NCBI GenBank assembly: GCA_023380695.1
Contig: JAMCRT010000030.1
Coordinates: forward strand, 3,978 to 67,977
DNA length: 64,000 nucleotides
Reading direction: 5' to 3'
Origin: Patescibacteria group bacterium
GTDB taxonomy: Bacteria > Patescibacteriota > Dojkabacteria > JAKAPS01 > JAJZLI01
This document shows positions 21,577 through 32,634 of this stretch, in pieces. The notes beneath the pieces are model-generated. The model was not told where the DNA came from. It ran no database searches and saw nothing but the letters and a program-made list of their open reading frames with translations. The first letter of the stretch is position 1, and each line of letters starts with the position of its first letter. The position numbers and the translations under genes are program-made.

Positions 21577-22127
21577 ATATATCTAAAATTATAAAATATA
21601 AAGACTACCTAATATATGCAATTCTCCTTATTGCAATGATTTATTTTCTTTCATTTTCATATTCAAAATATTCTGTCTCTCAAAATCAAAAACAAAAATT
21701 AAAAAACTCAATAGTGATACTGCAAAATAAAGCAAACCAAGATGTATCAATGTATAAAGAAAAACAAACTTATCAAAAAAGTATTCTTTATATAAAAGAT
21801 ACACTTCCTACAAACATCTCTCTTATAAGTTGGGTAAGACAAGAAAATATTATGGCAAATCTTTCGGGAGTAAGGAATCAGATCACATTTGCAAATGCCC
21901 TGCTTTCAACAAATAATATAACTATAGTGGGATCAACAACAAAAACAACTCCTCAAATATTAGGAGTTACAATTGATTTACAAGGATCATTTAGCAATAT
22001 ATTGACATTTATAAAAATGGTTGAAAACTCATATTATTTTACAAATATAGAATCTATTGCAATAAGTAATCAAACAGGTGTAAATTATCTTAATGCGTCA
22101 ATATCTCTTAATCTATATGTACAATAA
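21573..22127 (+). CDS. PilO-like protein
   Basis: N-terminal TM helix, coiled coil, LQGSFSNILTFIKMVENSYYF. Confidence 0.72.
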   Translation: MNISKIIKYKDYLIYAILLIAMIYFLSFSYSKYSVSQNQKQKLKNSIVILQNKANQDVSMYKEKQTYQKSILYIKDTLPTNISLISWVRQENIMANLSGVRNQITFANALLSTNNITIVGSTTKTTPQILGVTIDLQGSFSNILTFIKMVENSYYFTNIESIAISNQTGVNYLNASISLNLYVQ

Positions 22128-22387
22128 TGAATAAAAAAAAGGTGAAATTTGACAATTATACAGTTGAAATAATTAGATATACGGTCATTATTATACTAAT
22201 AATCATAAATATATATGTTCTCTCTTCCATATTTAAAGGAACACAAAATACTACATTTATGGTACCTGCATCTCCACAAATTAATACCACAGAACTAAAA
22301 AGTCTGGAAAATATTGTCTCCCCAAAACTCATTTATGGAAATAATTCTGTAGTACCTGTAGTTAATGTCCCAAATATATTCCACTAA
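22127..22387 (+). CDS. Small single-TM pilus-operon protein
   Basis: Coupled to pilO; one TM helix. Confidence 0.55.
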   Translation: MNKKKVKFDNYTVEIIRYTVIIILIIINIYVLSSIFKGTQNTTFMVPASPQINTTELKSLENIVSPKLIYGNNSVVPVVNVPNIFH

Positions 22388-23093
22388 AATTCCTCTCAAA
22401 AAATCTTTAGGGCAAAATTTTATTACAAATAAAAAATATATCCCTAATCTATTATCTCTGATAAACAAAGAAGACTTAGTAATAGAGATAGGTCCAGGGA
22501 GTGGAAATATAACAGAAGCACTTTATAAAAAAACAGAAGATCTTATACTTATTGAAAAAGATGAAAGATTTGAGAGATTATTAAAAGAAAAATTTCCAAA
22601 AGCAAAGATCTATATTCAAGATGTTCTAGATTTTGATTTGTCTTTAATCCACCAATATAAAGTTGTTGGTGCGCTTCCTTATTATATTTCAAAAGATATA
22701 ATATCCAAATTTTTAAAAGGAGAAAACAGAGCAGAGACTATTTCTGTAATATTACAAAAAGAAGTTGCAGCAAAATACACTAAATCAGGACAGCTTTTAT
22801 ATAACACTCTACTAATTTATGCAGACACAATCATTGCAGATGCAAAAATTGCAAAAGAAAATTTTTATCCTAGACCTAAAATAGATTCACAAATTATACA
22901 TATAAAGGATATTCACAAATACAATAAAGAAGATAAATCTCTTGAAACATTTATAAAATCTGGATACAAAAATCCTCGAAAAAAATTAAAAGCAAGTATA
23001 GAAGTTCCATATGATTTTAAAGACCTAAGAGCACATGAACTTTCTTTTGAAGATTGGACAAAGCTATTTAAATTAAAAAGTGAAAATAGATAA
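22365..23093 (+). CDS. rsmA: 16S rRNA adenine dimethyltransferase
   Basis: KKSLGQNF, VIEIGPGSG, ALPYYIS, QKEVA, FYPRPKIDS. Confidence 0.92.
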   Translation: MSQIYSTKIPLKKSLGQNFITNKKYIPNLLSLINKEDLVIEIGPGSGNITEALYKKTEDLILIEKDERFERLLKEKFPKAKIYIQDVLDFDLSLIHQYKVVGALPYYISKDIISKFLKGENRAETISVILQKEVAAKYTKSGQLLYNTLLIYADTIIADAKIAKENFYPRPKIDSQIIHIKDIHKYNKEDKSLETFIKSGYKNPRKKLKASIEVPYDFKDLRAHELSFEDWTKLFKLKSENR

Positions 23094-23426
23094 AAATCTC
23101 AAAATATTATATATATCTCTGGATAATTCGGAAAGAGATTGAAGACCTTAAAAACTTGGCAATATATTCGATATTTCATAATTCAATCTGGACAAGTACA
23201 TATGTTTGAAGAAAGCACTTTAATTTCAATAGGTCACCCTTCTATTAGAAAATCTTTTTACACCTTTCCCATATTAGAGAACTTACTAAACATCAGAAAT
23301 CAATAGATTCTGCTATATTTTGTAGATTATTGAAAGAGAACTAATTGATCAAGCCAAGAAGATTATCCTCTAAGATCTGGATGAAATAAAACCTTTTCAA
23401 ATTGTGCCAAAGAAAAATAATTTTAA

Positions 23427-23720
23427 TTAAAAAATTATTTTATTTGCAATTTCTTTTGCATGACCTTCTTTAGCTATTTTTATTTGTTTATCAAAATTCT
23501 GGGGTTTATTGTTTGCTTTTTTTATATATCCAAAAGCATCCTCTAATGATAAAGGAGAAGCTTTAATCTTTACATTACTATTTTCTGCAACAAAAATAAC
23601 TTTAGTTTGTGGAGTTACTCCTAACAGCTTTCTAATTTGTACTGGCAGAGTTACTTGTCCTCTTTGCTGTACTGTTGATATGAATTCCTTTTTATATTGT
23701 ATTTTTGATAGATTTTTCAT
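23427..23720 (-). CDS. AbrB/MazE-family antitoxin
   Basis: STVQQRGQVTLPVQIRKLLG. Confidence 0.8.
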   Translation of the reverse strand: MKNLSKIQYKKEFISTVQQRGQVTLPVQIRKLLGVTPQTKVIFVAENSNVKIKASPLSLEDAFGYIKKANNKPQNFDKQIKIAKEGHAKEIANKIIF

Positions 23721-23930
23721 GATACTATATCGTAATTAATTGTCATCATTAGTATATACTTTAACATGTTTTTTGTCAACCATTATATTGTAATTTATTA
23801 TGTAATTGCAACATAAGTTTACATTTTGTAATTATAAAAGTGTTTAAATAAATTAAATGTATGTATGTTGTATAAATTCATACATCAAGGTATAATGAAA
23901 ATATACATCTTATATTAGTATATTGTTGTT

Positions 23931-24356
23931 ATGGAAACTAAGGAAATGAAGTTTGTTGATACAAATATGTTTTTAAGATATTTTATCAATGACGACCAAG
24001 TTAAATCTAAAAAGGTTAGAGAATTATTTATAAGAGTTAAGGAAAATAAAAAAACTCTTTTTACTTCAGAATCAGTTATAGGAGAGATAATCTATGTACT
24101 TTCTTCAAAAAACTTACCTTACAATGTTCCAAGAAAAATAATTACTGAATTAATATTAACAATAATTAGGCTGAAAAACATGAAATTGGACAATAAGGCA
24201 ACCATAATAAGGGCATTAGATATATACGCCAACAATCTTCTAGACTTTGAAGATGCTATAGCAGTTTCTGTGATGGAATCTAAGAAAATTACAAAAATAT
24301 ATTCATATGATAATGATTTTGAAAAATTTAAAAAAATTGAAAGGATTGAGCCCTAA
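23931..24356 (+). CDS. PIN-domain (VapC) toxin
   Basis: FVDTNMFLR, DFEDA, YSYDNDF. Confidence 0.85.
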   Translation: METKEMKFVDTNMFLRYFINDDQVKSKKVRELFIRVKENKKTLFTSESVIGEIIYVLSSKNLPYNVPRKIITELILTIIRLKNMKLDNKATIIRALDIYANNLLDFEDAIAVSVMESKKITKIYSYDNDFEKFKKIERIEP

Positions 24357-24470
24357 TGTACTAATTAGATAAGCTAGGAAAGAGCTAAGAGCGTTAGGTA
24401 GAACTATTTAAAGTAAAATATAGATAAAACCCCTCAAAATAATATATAGTTAGATATTTTTTATTACACC

Positions 24471-25349
24471 TCAGACTTCTTTTATGGATACCTTTGTTGT
24501 TTTACTTATTATCTTTGCTTGGAAGTACATAAAGAGACTTTGTACTACCCAATAAATAGATAATGCAGCTGGAATTGGACCTATTATCCCCAATGATATG
24601 ATAACAAGGAACACAGGCATAAAATATAACATCTGTTTAGACATAATAGAACCTATTACTTCAGGATCCATACCTGCTGACTCTTTCTTGCCTTTCTTTC
24701 CCTCTTTAATTTCTAATTTTGTACTTTCTTCCGCTATTTTTTCTTTAGTTGAAGGAAGCATTGCTTTTGTCACAAGATATTGAGAATAGCCTACTAACAA
24801 TGACAATACTATATATGGTATAGCTACTAAAGTAAAAATGTGCATTTCACTTGCATCCTTACTAATGTTACCAATAAGGAAAAAATTTAAATTATAGTGA
24901 TATGAAGCGGGATACTTCAAAAATGGAATATACATAATCTTATTTATAAAAGATGCGCTGTGTCCTGAAATCATTAAAATAGCCTCATATATAGCCCAAA
25001 GAAATGGTAATTGCACTATCAGAGACAAACAACTCCCATATGGACTTACCCCCTCTTCTTTGAATAACTTCATTTGTTCTTCTCTTAATTTCATAAGATC
25101 AGATTTATATTTTTTCTGTATTTCTTTCAATTTAGGCTGAACTTTTTGCATTTTGATAGAAGAAAGTATCTGAGATTTCAAAGTAGGCCATAGTAATATT
25201 CTTATAAGAATAGTTAGTATTATTATAGAAACACCAAAATTATTCCCCGCAATTTTATAAAAAAGAATAAATAAATTTAAAATTGGATGAAAAAAAATTG
25301 TATTCCAAAAAAATTGTATGTAATGCCAAATACTTATAAAAAAATTCAT
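24471..25349 (-). CDS. yidC: Membrane protein insertase YidC
   Basis: GVSIIILTILIRILLWP, KMQKVQPKLKEIQKKY, QLPFL, ALSIYW. Confidence 0.92.
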   Translation of the reverse strand: MNFFISIWHYIQFFWNTIFFHPILNLFILFYKIAGNNFGVSIIILTILIRILLWPTLKSQILSSIKMQKVQPKLKEIQKKYKSDLMKLREEQMKLFKEEGVSPYGSCLSLIVQLPFLWAIYEAILMISGHSASFINKIMYIPFLKYPASYHYNLNFFLIGNISKDASEMHIFTLVAIPYIVLSLLVGYSQYLVTKAMLPSTKEKIAEESTKLEIKEGKKGKKESAGMDPEVIGSIMSKQMLYFMPVFLVIISLGIIGPIPAALSIYWVVQSLFMYFQAKIISKTTKVSIKEV

Positions 25350-25687
25350 AATTTATCTACCTTTTTTAAAATATTTATTATATTTTCCTTTATATCCTCA
25401 AAAGTTATTTCCTTCCACTGATCTTTAAGATTATGATTTACGAGGAAAATAAAATCAAATCCTGTTTTTATTTCAGAAAGATTTTCTCTTATAACAAACC
25501 TAAATCTCCTTTTTACCTTATTTCTAAGATGAGCCTTTCCTAATTTTTTTCGTATAACAAACCCAAATCTTGAGTGTTTCAAACTATTCTCTTTGTAGAA
25601 AAGAATAAAATATGGATTTGATATTTTTTGTTTTCCTTTGTAAATATTATCAAATCCATGTCTCAATCTATTTTTAGATGGAAGCAT
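25346..25687 (-). CDS. rnpA: RNase P protein component
   Basis: RFGFVIRKKLGKAHLRNKVKRR. Confidence 0.92.
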   Translation of the reverse strand: MLPSKNRLRHGFDNIYKGKQKISNPYFILFYKENSLKHSRFGFVIRKKLGKAHLRNKVKRRFRFVIRENLSEIKTGFDFIFLVNHNLKDQWKEITFEDIKENIINILKKVDKL

Positions 25688-25694
25688 GATAAAT

Positions 25695-25877
25695 TTATCT
25701 TATCTTATTTCTAGGTTTCTTTCCAATCTTTCTATATACATCAGAAACTGTTAAGTTATGCCTTCCCTTTGCTCTTCTTCTTTTTAGAATATTTTGACCA
25801 CCATTACTAGACATTCTAGATAAAAATCCTCTTTTCCTCAATGTCTTTAATTTTTTAGGTTGATAAGTTCTTTTCAT
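25695..25877 (-). CDS. rpmH: 50S ribosomal protein L34
   Basis: MKRTYQPK...RGFLSRMS...RRRAKGR. Confidence 0.95.
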   Translation of the reverse strand: MKRTYQPKKLKTLRKRGFLSRMSSNGGQNILKRRRAKGRHNLTVSDVYRKIGKKPRNKIR

Positions 25878-25980
25878 AACAGTAATAGATTATACATTAT
25901 ATAAAAAATTTGAGCAATACAATGTATGTGACCCATGCAACATATTGACTTATAATCACTATGAATATATTATATATATA

Positions 25981-26157
25981 ATGATGTACTGGGCAGGACA
26001 TTCACAACAGGTAATGTATAACACAACGCTATTTGGATGGTTATATCCTATAATAGTTGTATTTATATTGGTTATTGTCATTGTAGTTTTGATTCTACTT
26101 GCAATATATTTGTACATGAAAATAAACGAGATTTCTAATAATAAAAGCAAAAAATAA
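25981..26157 (+). CDS. Small single-TM protein
   Basis: Hydrophobic helix and basic tail; ends 1 nt before rpiB. Confidence 0.5.
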   Translation: MMYWAGHSQQVMYNTTLFGWLYPIIVVFILVIVIVVLILLAIYLYMKINEISNNKSKK

Positions 26158-26158
26158 C

Positions 26159-26608
26159 ATGATATACATTTCATCAGATCACGCAGGATATAAGTTAAAG
26201 AGCGAAGCTATAGGATATCTCTCAGAAATTTCTGAAACCTTCGAAGACCTGGGGCCTTACAGTTTTGATAAAAAGGATAATTATCCATTATTTGCACAAA
26301 ATCTTTGTAAAAAAGTGCTTTCAAATAAAAATTCTTTAGGAATTCTTATTTGTGATACAGGTGAGGGGATGGTTATCTCTGCAAATAGATTTAAAGGAAT
26401 AAGAGCAACCCTGTGTTTAGATATATTTTTAACTGAAAGGTCAAAATTACATAATAATGCAAATGTTTTAGTACTTTCAGGTATCTATAATAAAGACAAT
26501 TACAAAGAAATTATTAGTACATTTATAAATACACCATTTTCAAACGAAGAAAGGCATAAAAAAAGAATAGATATGATTGATAAATATGATAATCCCAGCA
26601 ATTCTTGA
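26159..26608 (+). CDS. rpiB: Ribose-5-phosphate isomerase B
   Basis: SDHAGYKLK, GILICDTGEG, HNNANVL, ERHKKRI. Confidence 0.9.
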   Translation: MIYISSDHAGYKLKSEAIGYLSEISETFEDLGPYSFDKKDNYPLFAQNLCKKVLSNKNSLGILICDTGEGMVISANRFKGIRATLCLDIFLTERSKLHNNANVLVLSGIYNKDNYKEIISTFINTPFSNEERHKKRIDMIDKYDNPSNS

Positions 26609-27209
26609 AAAAACAAAAGAAGACCTACTTTTAAGAATATCTCAGATAGAATCACTCACAGATATGGTACATATTGATATAATGGATGGGAGTATCACTG
26701 ATGAGAAAACCTTTCACCCATCACTAATAAAAAACATTAATATTCCATCAGAAATACATTTTATGTGCAATACACCTTCTTTATATATAAATGATATTAA
26801 TGGGGGATTAGTACAAAAAGTAATAATACAAAGAGAAATAGATAATTTTGAGAAAGAAATAAAAATATTTAAAGACCTATTCATAACATATGGATCTTTA
26901 GATATAGGTACACCAACAGATGATATTAAAGATTTTATAGATATCCTAGACGGAATAATGCTCATGAGCGTAAAATTTGGTAAAGCTGGACAAGAATTTA
27001 ACTCTACTGTTTTAGGTAAAATAGATAAAATAAAAAATTTTACAAATAATACAGAACTTGATGGGGGAATAACATTGGATAATGTTAAACTTTGCTATGA
27101 TAAAGGAATAAAGGATTTTGCAATAAGTAGTTCTATTTATAAATCAGAGAACATAAAAAAAACTATAGAAAATTTTAATAATGTATTATATGGGCAACTC
27201 AAGACATAA
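26586..27209 (+). CDS. rpe: Ribulose-phosphate 3-epimerase
   Basis: HIDIMDG, EIHFM, MSVKFGKAGQ, LDGGI. Confidence 0.85.
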   Translation: MIIPAILEKTKEDLLLRISQIESLTDMVHIDIMDGSITDEKTFHPSLIKNINIPSEIHFMCNTPSLYINDINGGLVQKVIIQREIDNFEKEIKIFKDLFITYGSLDIGTPTDDIKDFIDILDGIMLMSVKFGKAGQEFNSTVLGKIDKIKNFTNNTELDGGITLDNVKLCYDKGIKDFAISSSIYKSENIKKTIENFNNVLYGQLKT

Positions 27210-27420
27210 AGATGTGTAGTACACACACATATTGGACTTTAGGTGTGAATTTAAAATAAAATTTATAAAACTTTTAAAAAGATTATCATAAGAACTATCA
27301 AACAAGACTTTTTCAGCACTATTATTTAATTGGAAAAGACCCGGGCTACGACTACAGCCTGTACAATACTTAATCGTGTCAAAATCGTTTGTACCTATAC
27401 ATAATCGTTCCATGAAATAC

Positions 27421-28554
27421 TTATGGTCTAGAAAACAATGTGTCAACAAAATTGTTATTCGTAATAACAGTAAACGTATTTTCAGGGTACAATGCATTAA
27501 ACTCATTAGGCAATTTGGCTTGCTTTTCCTTCCACTTAAACTCAAAAGCATTTACCTTCCCACTATACTCTTCAACAAGATCAATTTCTTTTTGGCTATA
27601 ACTACGCCAGAAAAAATAGTTTGGTTTATATTCTCCATATTCATTTGATTTTATTCTTTCAGTCACACAAAAGTTTTCCCACAATGCACCTACATCATTA
27701 CGTAAATCCAATTCATTAAAATTTCTAATAAGACTGTTGCGCAACCCAAGGTCTATGAAATATATTTTGCGTAGTTTTCCTACTTCGTTGCGCGGATTTC
27801 TTTTCAAGGCTGGAAGACGATAAATAACGAAAGTCTGCTCCAACAGAAAGATATATCTCTCAATAGTTTTGATATCTACCTCCAATAGGTTTGACAGTTC
27901 ACTAAGACTAACCTCATTTCCTAATTGTAGGGCCAAAGCTTGAAGCAGTTTGGTTAATAAAGGAGCCTTCTTGAGATTTTCATATTTCAATATGTCTTTA
28001 AATAAATAATTGGAACTTAGATCTGTAAGTGCATCAACGGCTTCACTGTCTGACATATTACATATCATTGGATATGAACCAAATATAAGCATCCTCTTCA
28101 TGACCTGATCTGTGACTAACCTGTCACCTTGAGTAATTTCTACAAATGAGAGTGGCTCTAAATGAAAAGTTCTTGATCTTCCAGTCAATGGCTCACTAAT
28201 TTTATTAGCAAGATCAAAACTAGAGCTCCCTGTCGCAATAATTTGCATTTCAGGATAATTTTCCACAAGAAGTTTTAAGGTGATCCCAATATTTTCTATT
28301 CTTTGAGCCTCATCAATTACCACAAGCTCGTAATCTCCTATAAAATTTTTTAATTCCATAGAACTTCTATTTGTCAGATTAGCGACCACACTTGGTTCAT
28401 CTCCATTCAAATATCGACCTTTTTTCGAAGATACCTCTAAAATTTTTTTGCTGAGAACAGTCTTTCCAACCTGGCGCGCACCATACAAAATGATAACTTT
28501 CCCTTTATAGAGATGCTTTTCAATATTATCTTGTAGCATTCGATGAAATATCAT
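27421..28554 (-). CDS. AAA+ ATPase, AAA_14/DUF4143 family
   Basis: GARQVGKT, IDEAQ, TGSSS, EPLTGR, DLGLRN, GALWEN, EIDLV, FEFK. Confidence 0.9.
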   Translation of the reverse strand: MIFHRMLQDNIEKHLYKGKVIILYGARQVGKTVLSKKILEVSSKKGRYLNGDEPSVVANLTNRSSMELKNFIGDYELVVIDEAQRIENIGITLKLLVENYPEMQIIATGSSSFDLANKISEPLTGRSRTFHLEPLSFVEITQGDRLVTDQVMKRMLIFGSYPMICNMSDSEAVDALTDLSSNYLFKDILKYENLKKAPLLTKLLQALALQLGNEVSLSELSNLLEVDIKTIERYIFLLEQTFVIYRLPALKRNPRNEVGKLRKIYFIDLGLRNSLIRNFNELDLRNDVGALWENFCVTERIKSNEYGEYKPNYFFWRSYSQKEIDLVEEYSGKVNAFEFKWKEKQAKLPNEFNALYPENTFTVITNNNFVDTLFSRP

Positions 28555-28998
28555 AACTAAATTATAGTAAATTGATAGACACAAGTCAACCAATTATATA
28601 TAAATTGGTAGACTTTATGTAAATAGTGCTTATTATTACTATCATCTCCTAAGTTTCTCTTAATTTAAGATATATGATATAGCAGTATTGGTTTAAGGGA
28701 TAAATTGGATATAATTTCTGGGCTGTCCAACTGGATACAATAAAAGGTGGCAAAATAATGTACTGGAGAATATATTATGTTAAAAGTAAGAACTATTAAA
28801 ACAGAGTTTTAGACAAAGCTCATAAAGAAAGCCATATTTTATATTATACTGGTAGGTGAATTAACAAACAGAAAATTTACTAAACGTCCGAAATTCCCAT
28901 ATTCTTATGTATTTTATAAATTGTTGAAAATTTACTAATTGGGCAAGTTAGGAAATATTAACCTAAATATATCAACCCTCTATAGACGACACAATGTA

Positions 28999-30360
28999 TT
29001 ATATGGGTAACTCAGGCCCTAAAGAGTGTTTTTTATAAATTAAAGGTTTAATATTCTTAATTCTTTTTTCAAATCTATCTGTTATTTGCCATGCTGTTTC
29101 TATTTCATCTGTACTGGCAAAATTCATTTGTTTACCTTGAATACAATCAATTAGCAATTTTTCGTATTCACTTTTAAGCTCACCAAAATAATTAGTATAT
29201 AAATATTCCATTTTTATATTTGTAACTTTGTTTTCCTCCCCGGGAACTTTTCCCCCAAAATTAAGGTATATGCCTAACTCTGGCTGAATCATAAAATCTA
29301 AAATGTTTTGTGAAAAATCTCCACTGAATGATTCTTGTGGTATTTTTTTAAAATAAACCTTAATGTTAGTATCTTTATTTTTAAGATCCTTGCCAGATTT
29401 TATATATATTGGAACATTCCTCCATCTCTTACTTTTTAAAAACACTTTAGTAAATAAAAATGTTTCTCTAAGAGATGTTTTAGATACATTCTCTTCATCT
29501 GTATATCCTTCATATTGTCCTTTTATGAATTCTCCCAACCTAACTTTTTGCAAAATCTTGTTTTTCTCTCTTCTTATATGCTCATCATTCATAATTTTTG
29601 GCTTATTCATTGTAATAATGGAGAGCATTTGTAGTATATGGTTTTGAAAAACATCTATTAATACACCTGTTTCTTCATAAAATATCCCTCTTTTTTCAAT
29701 CCCAATATCTTCAAGTAAATTTATTTCTATCTTAGATATAAATTTATTATTCCAAATATTTTCAAAAACATTATTTACAAATCTAAATGCCAAAATATTT
29801 TGTATTGGCTCTTTTCCTAAATAATGATCAATCCTAAATATTTGAGTCTCTTTAAATAAAGAAAGGAGCAGCCTGTTAATTCTTTTTGTACTAGAAAGAT
29901 CATATCCAAAAGGTTTTTCAAGTATTATACGTGTAAATGTTTTGTGCTCTATACACTCTTTTTGCAGTCCTACCTTTCCAATACTAGATATAATCTCCTC
30001 ATATGATAGAGGAGGAACTGCAAGGTAAAATATCCTAGATCTACACCTAGATAAAAGATATTGAGAAAGAGAATTCATATCGTCAGTACTTGTAAAATCA
30101 CATTTTTTATAAATAATTTTTCCAAAAAATTCTTCTATTTTATCTTTGTTTTCTATAAAAGGAGTAAATGTTGAGAGAAATTCATCTCTTTCTATCTCTT
30201 TTCTTCCCAAGGCTATAATATTTATCTTATCTTTGTATTTAACATCCTTATATAAATTATAGAGAGCGGGAAAAAGCTTTCTGTGAGATAAATCTCCCGT
30301 TGAACCAAATATTATAAAGTCTAGCCCCTCATCAACTATTTTAGAACAAGGATTATTCAT
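28999..30360 (-). CDS. zwf: Glucose-6-phosphate 1-dehydrogenase
   Basis: IFGSTGDL, EKPFG, RIDHYLGKE, QNHILQ. Confidence 0.95.
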   Translation of the reverse strand: MNNPCSKIVDEGLDFIIFGSTGDLSHRKLFPALYNLYKDVKYKDKINIIALGRKEIERDEFLSTFTPFIENKDKIEEFFGKIIYKKCDFTSTDDMNSLSQYLLSRCRSRIFYLAVPPLSYEEIISSIGKVGLQKECIEHKTFTRIILEKPFGYDLSSTKRINRLLLSLFKETQIFRIDHYLGKEPIQNILAFRFVNNVFENIWNNKFISKIEINLLEDIGIEKRGIFYEETGVLIDVFQNHILQMLSIITMNKPKIMNDEHIRREKNKILQKVRLGEFIKGQYEGYTDEENVSKTSLRETFLFTKVFLKSKRWRNVPIYIKSGKDLKNKDTNIKVYFKKIPQESFSGDFSQNILDFMIQPELGIYLNFGGKVPGEENKVTNIKMEYLYTNYFGELKSEYEKLLIDCIQGKQMNFASTDEIETAWQITDRFEKRIKNIKPLIYKKHSLGPELPI

Positions 30361-31636
30361 CTATTTTTTCTAATTTATATTTTAAATCTTTAAATTCCTC
30401 TTTTCCAAGTAATGCATACATATACTGCTTCCCTTTCTCAACTCCTGGCTGATTAAATGTGTCTACACCTAATAGAAATCCAAGGTATGATACAGACAAT
30501 TCAAAAAAATAAAATAATCCTCCAATATTTTCTTCATTTATTTTGTCTAGATATATGGTTCCGTTTGCTCTACTATTTTCCATTAAAGATATAGATGTAG
30601 ATTTTCTTTCAATATGAATAATATCATTAAAACTTTTCTTATATAGATAATCTGCCTCTTTAGTTAAAGTATCAATCTCTACTAATTCATCAAACTGAGA
30701 AACTTCAATAAAAGTGATGATTTTATCGTTTGGTCCATCATTATAAAGCTGAATTTGAGAGTGCTGATCAGTTGACCCAAGAGACGCTATTGGAGTAATT
30801 CCTATATTATTACCCTCTTTATCTTTTTTCCCTAGTGATTCTGCCCAAAGCTGTCTATACCAAAATCCAAAATTATGTAATTTAGCCGAATATGGCATAA
30901 CAACAGACATATTCTTCCCAAACTTTTTATAATTTATAAAATTAAGCTCTGCAAACATTAAAGGATCATTCTCTTTAGGCTCTCCATTTTCTGTTTTTTT
31001 ATCTATATCTTTTGCACCTTCTAAAAATTTATCTATATCAAGACCTAATACGTCAGCTGTCAAAAGCCCAATAACTGATAGGGCAGAGAATCTATCTCCT
31101 ACATCTTTTTTGCCTTCTATTATTTTTAAACTAAATTTTCTGCCTAAATTCAAAAGAGTACTGCCCTCTTCAGCTGTTGTTATTATAATATGATCTTTTA
31201 CTTTATCTTCTCCTAATTTATCTTTTATCTGAGAGACAATATATAAAAAATTTGAAATCACCTCTACAGTCTCTCCAGATTTTGATATAACATTAAAAAT
31301 ACAATCCTTTATATCTATGTTCTCAAAAAAATCTGAGATTTCCATAGGATCAGTATTGGCTCCAATAAATAAAACCTCAGTGTTACTTTTTGATTTAAAT
31401 GCTTCTGCAATCACTCTTGATCCAAGATCTGAGCCCCCAATACCAACAATCACATAATACTTAAATTTACTCCTAATAAACTCTCCCACTTTCTTTATCT
31501 TAGATGTATCATCAAAAATAAGATCTCTAAAGGTAAGACTCTCTTTTGAAAAATTTATCTGAAAAAAATCGTACTGTGAAGGAGAATTTTCTTTAATACT
31601 GGGATAAATCATGTATTTATAGTCGTATGTAATCAT
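30353..31636 (-). CDS. pgi: Glucose-6-phosphate isomerase
   Basis: GIGGSDLG, SKSGET, QLWAESLGK, DQHS, QPGVEKGK. Confidence 0.93.
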   Translation of the reverse strand: MITYDYKYMIYPSIKENSPSQYDFFQINFSKESLTFRDLIFDDTSKIKKVGEFIRSKFKYYVIVGIGGSDLGSRVIAEAFKSKSNTEVLFIGANTDPMEISDFFENIDIKDCIFNVISKSGETVEVISNFLYIVSQIKDKLGEDKVKDHIIITTAEEGSTLLNLGRKFSLKIIEGKKDVGDRFSALSVIGLLTADVLGLDIDKFLEGAKDIDKKTENGEPKENDPLMFAELNFINYKKFGKNMSVVMPYSAKLHNFGFWYRQLWAESLGKKDKEGNNIGITPIASLGSTDQHSQIQLYNDGPNDKIITFIEVSQFDELVEIDTLTKEADYLYKKSFNDIIHIERKSTSISLMENSRANGTIYLDKINEENIGGLFYFFELSVSYLGFLLGVDTFNQPGVEKGKQYMYALLGKEEFKDLKYKLEKIDE

Positions 31637-31856
31637 TCTTTATATATATCCCAAATTTTTTAAATTTGCAAATTTTATAGATAGATTTAACTTAATAATG
31701 TGATTGGCGAAATTCAGATAAGGTTAACAAGACAATAAAAAAATGTTAATCATAATAATGAGAATGAATACGGGAAGTAGTCTTAGATATTTTCAAGTTC
31801 TGTGTACAACTGGCTGTAAATAAAATAACACAAATGGATTTAACCATTCATAATTA

Positions 31857-32282
31857 TTACATAAATGGATTTATAACATTAATTTCACTAAATTTTTTAA
31901 ATACTTTTTCATCAGCAGTATACACCGTGTTAACATTGTTTGTAATCATTGTAGCCACAAGATATGTATCAAAAATCTCTGCATTGTTTACCTTTTTCTG
32001 TTTTAGTAACAACAACAATAACCCTATTGTTTGAGAATTGGGGCTTATAACTGTGAAATTATCAGTGACACTGTATACTTTCAGAACCTTTAATGCATCT
32101 TCATGTATAACTGGATATTCTATACGCCTCTTGTCTGTAATTACGGAATATAATTCAAGAAGGTTTTGCTGTGCTATACAAATGTTGTCTTCCATTTCAT
32201 AAAGTGCTCGAGCTTTTTCATAAAAAGTAGAGTGCGTGTTATAGGCATAAACTAAGATATTTGTATCAAAAAGCACCCTCAT
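31857..32282 (-). CDS. PIN-domain toxin
   Basis: FDTNILVYA, IFDTYLVATM, YTAD. Confidence 0.85.
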   Translation of the reverse strand: MRVLFDTNILVYAYNTHSTFYEKARALYEMEDNICIAQQNLLELYSVITDKRRIEYPVIHEDALKVLKVYSVTDNFTVISPNSQTIGLLLLLLKQKKVNNAEIFDTYLVATMITNNVNTVYTADEKVFKKFSEINVINPFM

Positions 32283-32517
32283 AAATATCCTTTCGTTTTA
32301 ATGAACTTATTTTGCCAAGATTCTTACTTGGTAATATTATAGTTTTTTTTCTCTTTACCATTAAACTTTTTTGTTCTGCGCTATCCTTACTTAAAAAATA
32401 TTCCATCGCAATTCGTATAGAATTATTAAAAGACATCTTGGTTTCTCTTGCCAAACTCTTGTACTCGACTACAAGAACTTTAGGTATTCTAATTGTTGTT
32501 TTTATATTTTGATCCAT
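32266..32517 (-). CDS. Probable ribbon-helix-helix antitoxin
   Basis: MDQNIKTTIRIPK...SLKRKDIYE; overlaps PIN start; start adjusted. Confidence 0.65.
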   Translation of the reverse strand: MDQNIKTTIRIPKVLVVEYKSLARETKMSFNNSIRIAMEYFLSKDSAEQKSLMVKRKKTIILPSKNLGKISSLKRKDIYEGAF

Positions 32518-32634
32518 ATTAAATATACTAACACAAAGACACGGTGCCGTCAAGTTGATAACTGATGACGGAAATGAATTTTTATTACAAATACAATATA
32601 CATTGACACAATTAGACATGTATACCATATGGTC

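Noticed and set aside
23094-23426. Possible decayed gene after rsmA
   Set aside because: No recognisable motif in the frames I read.
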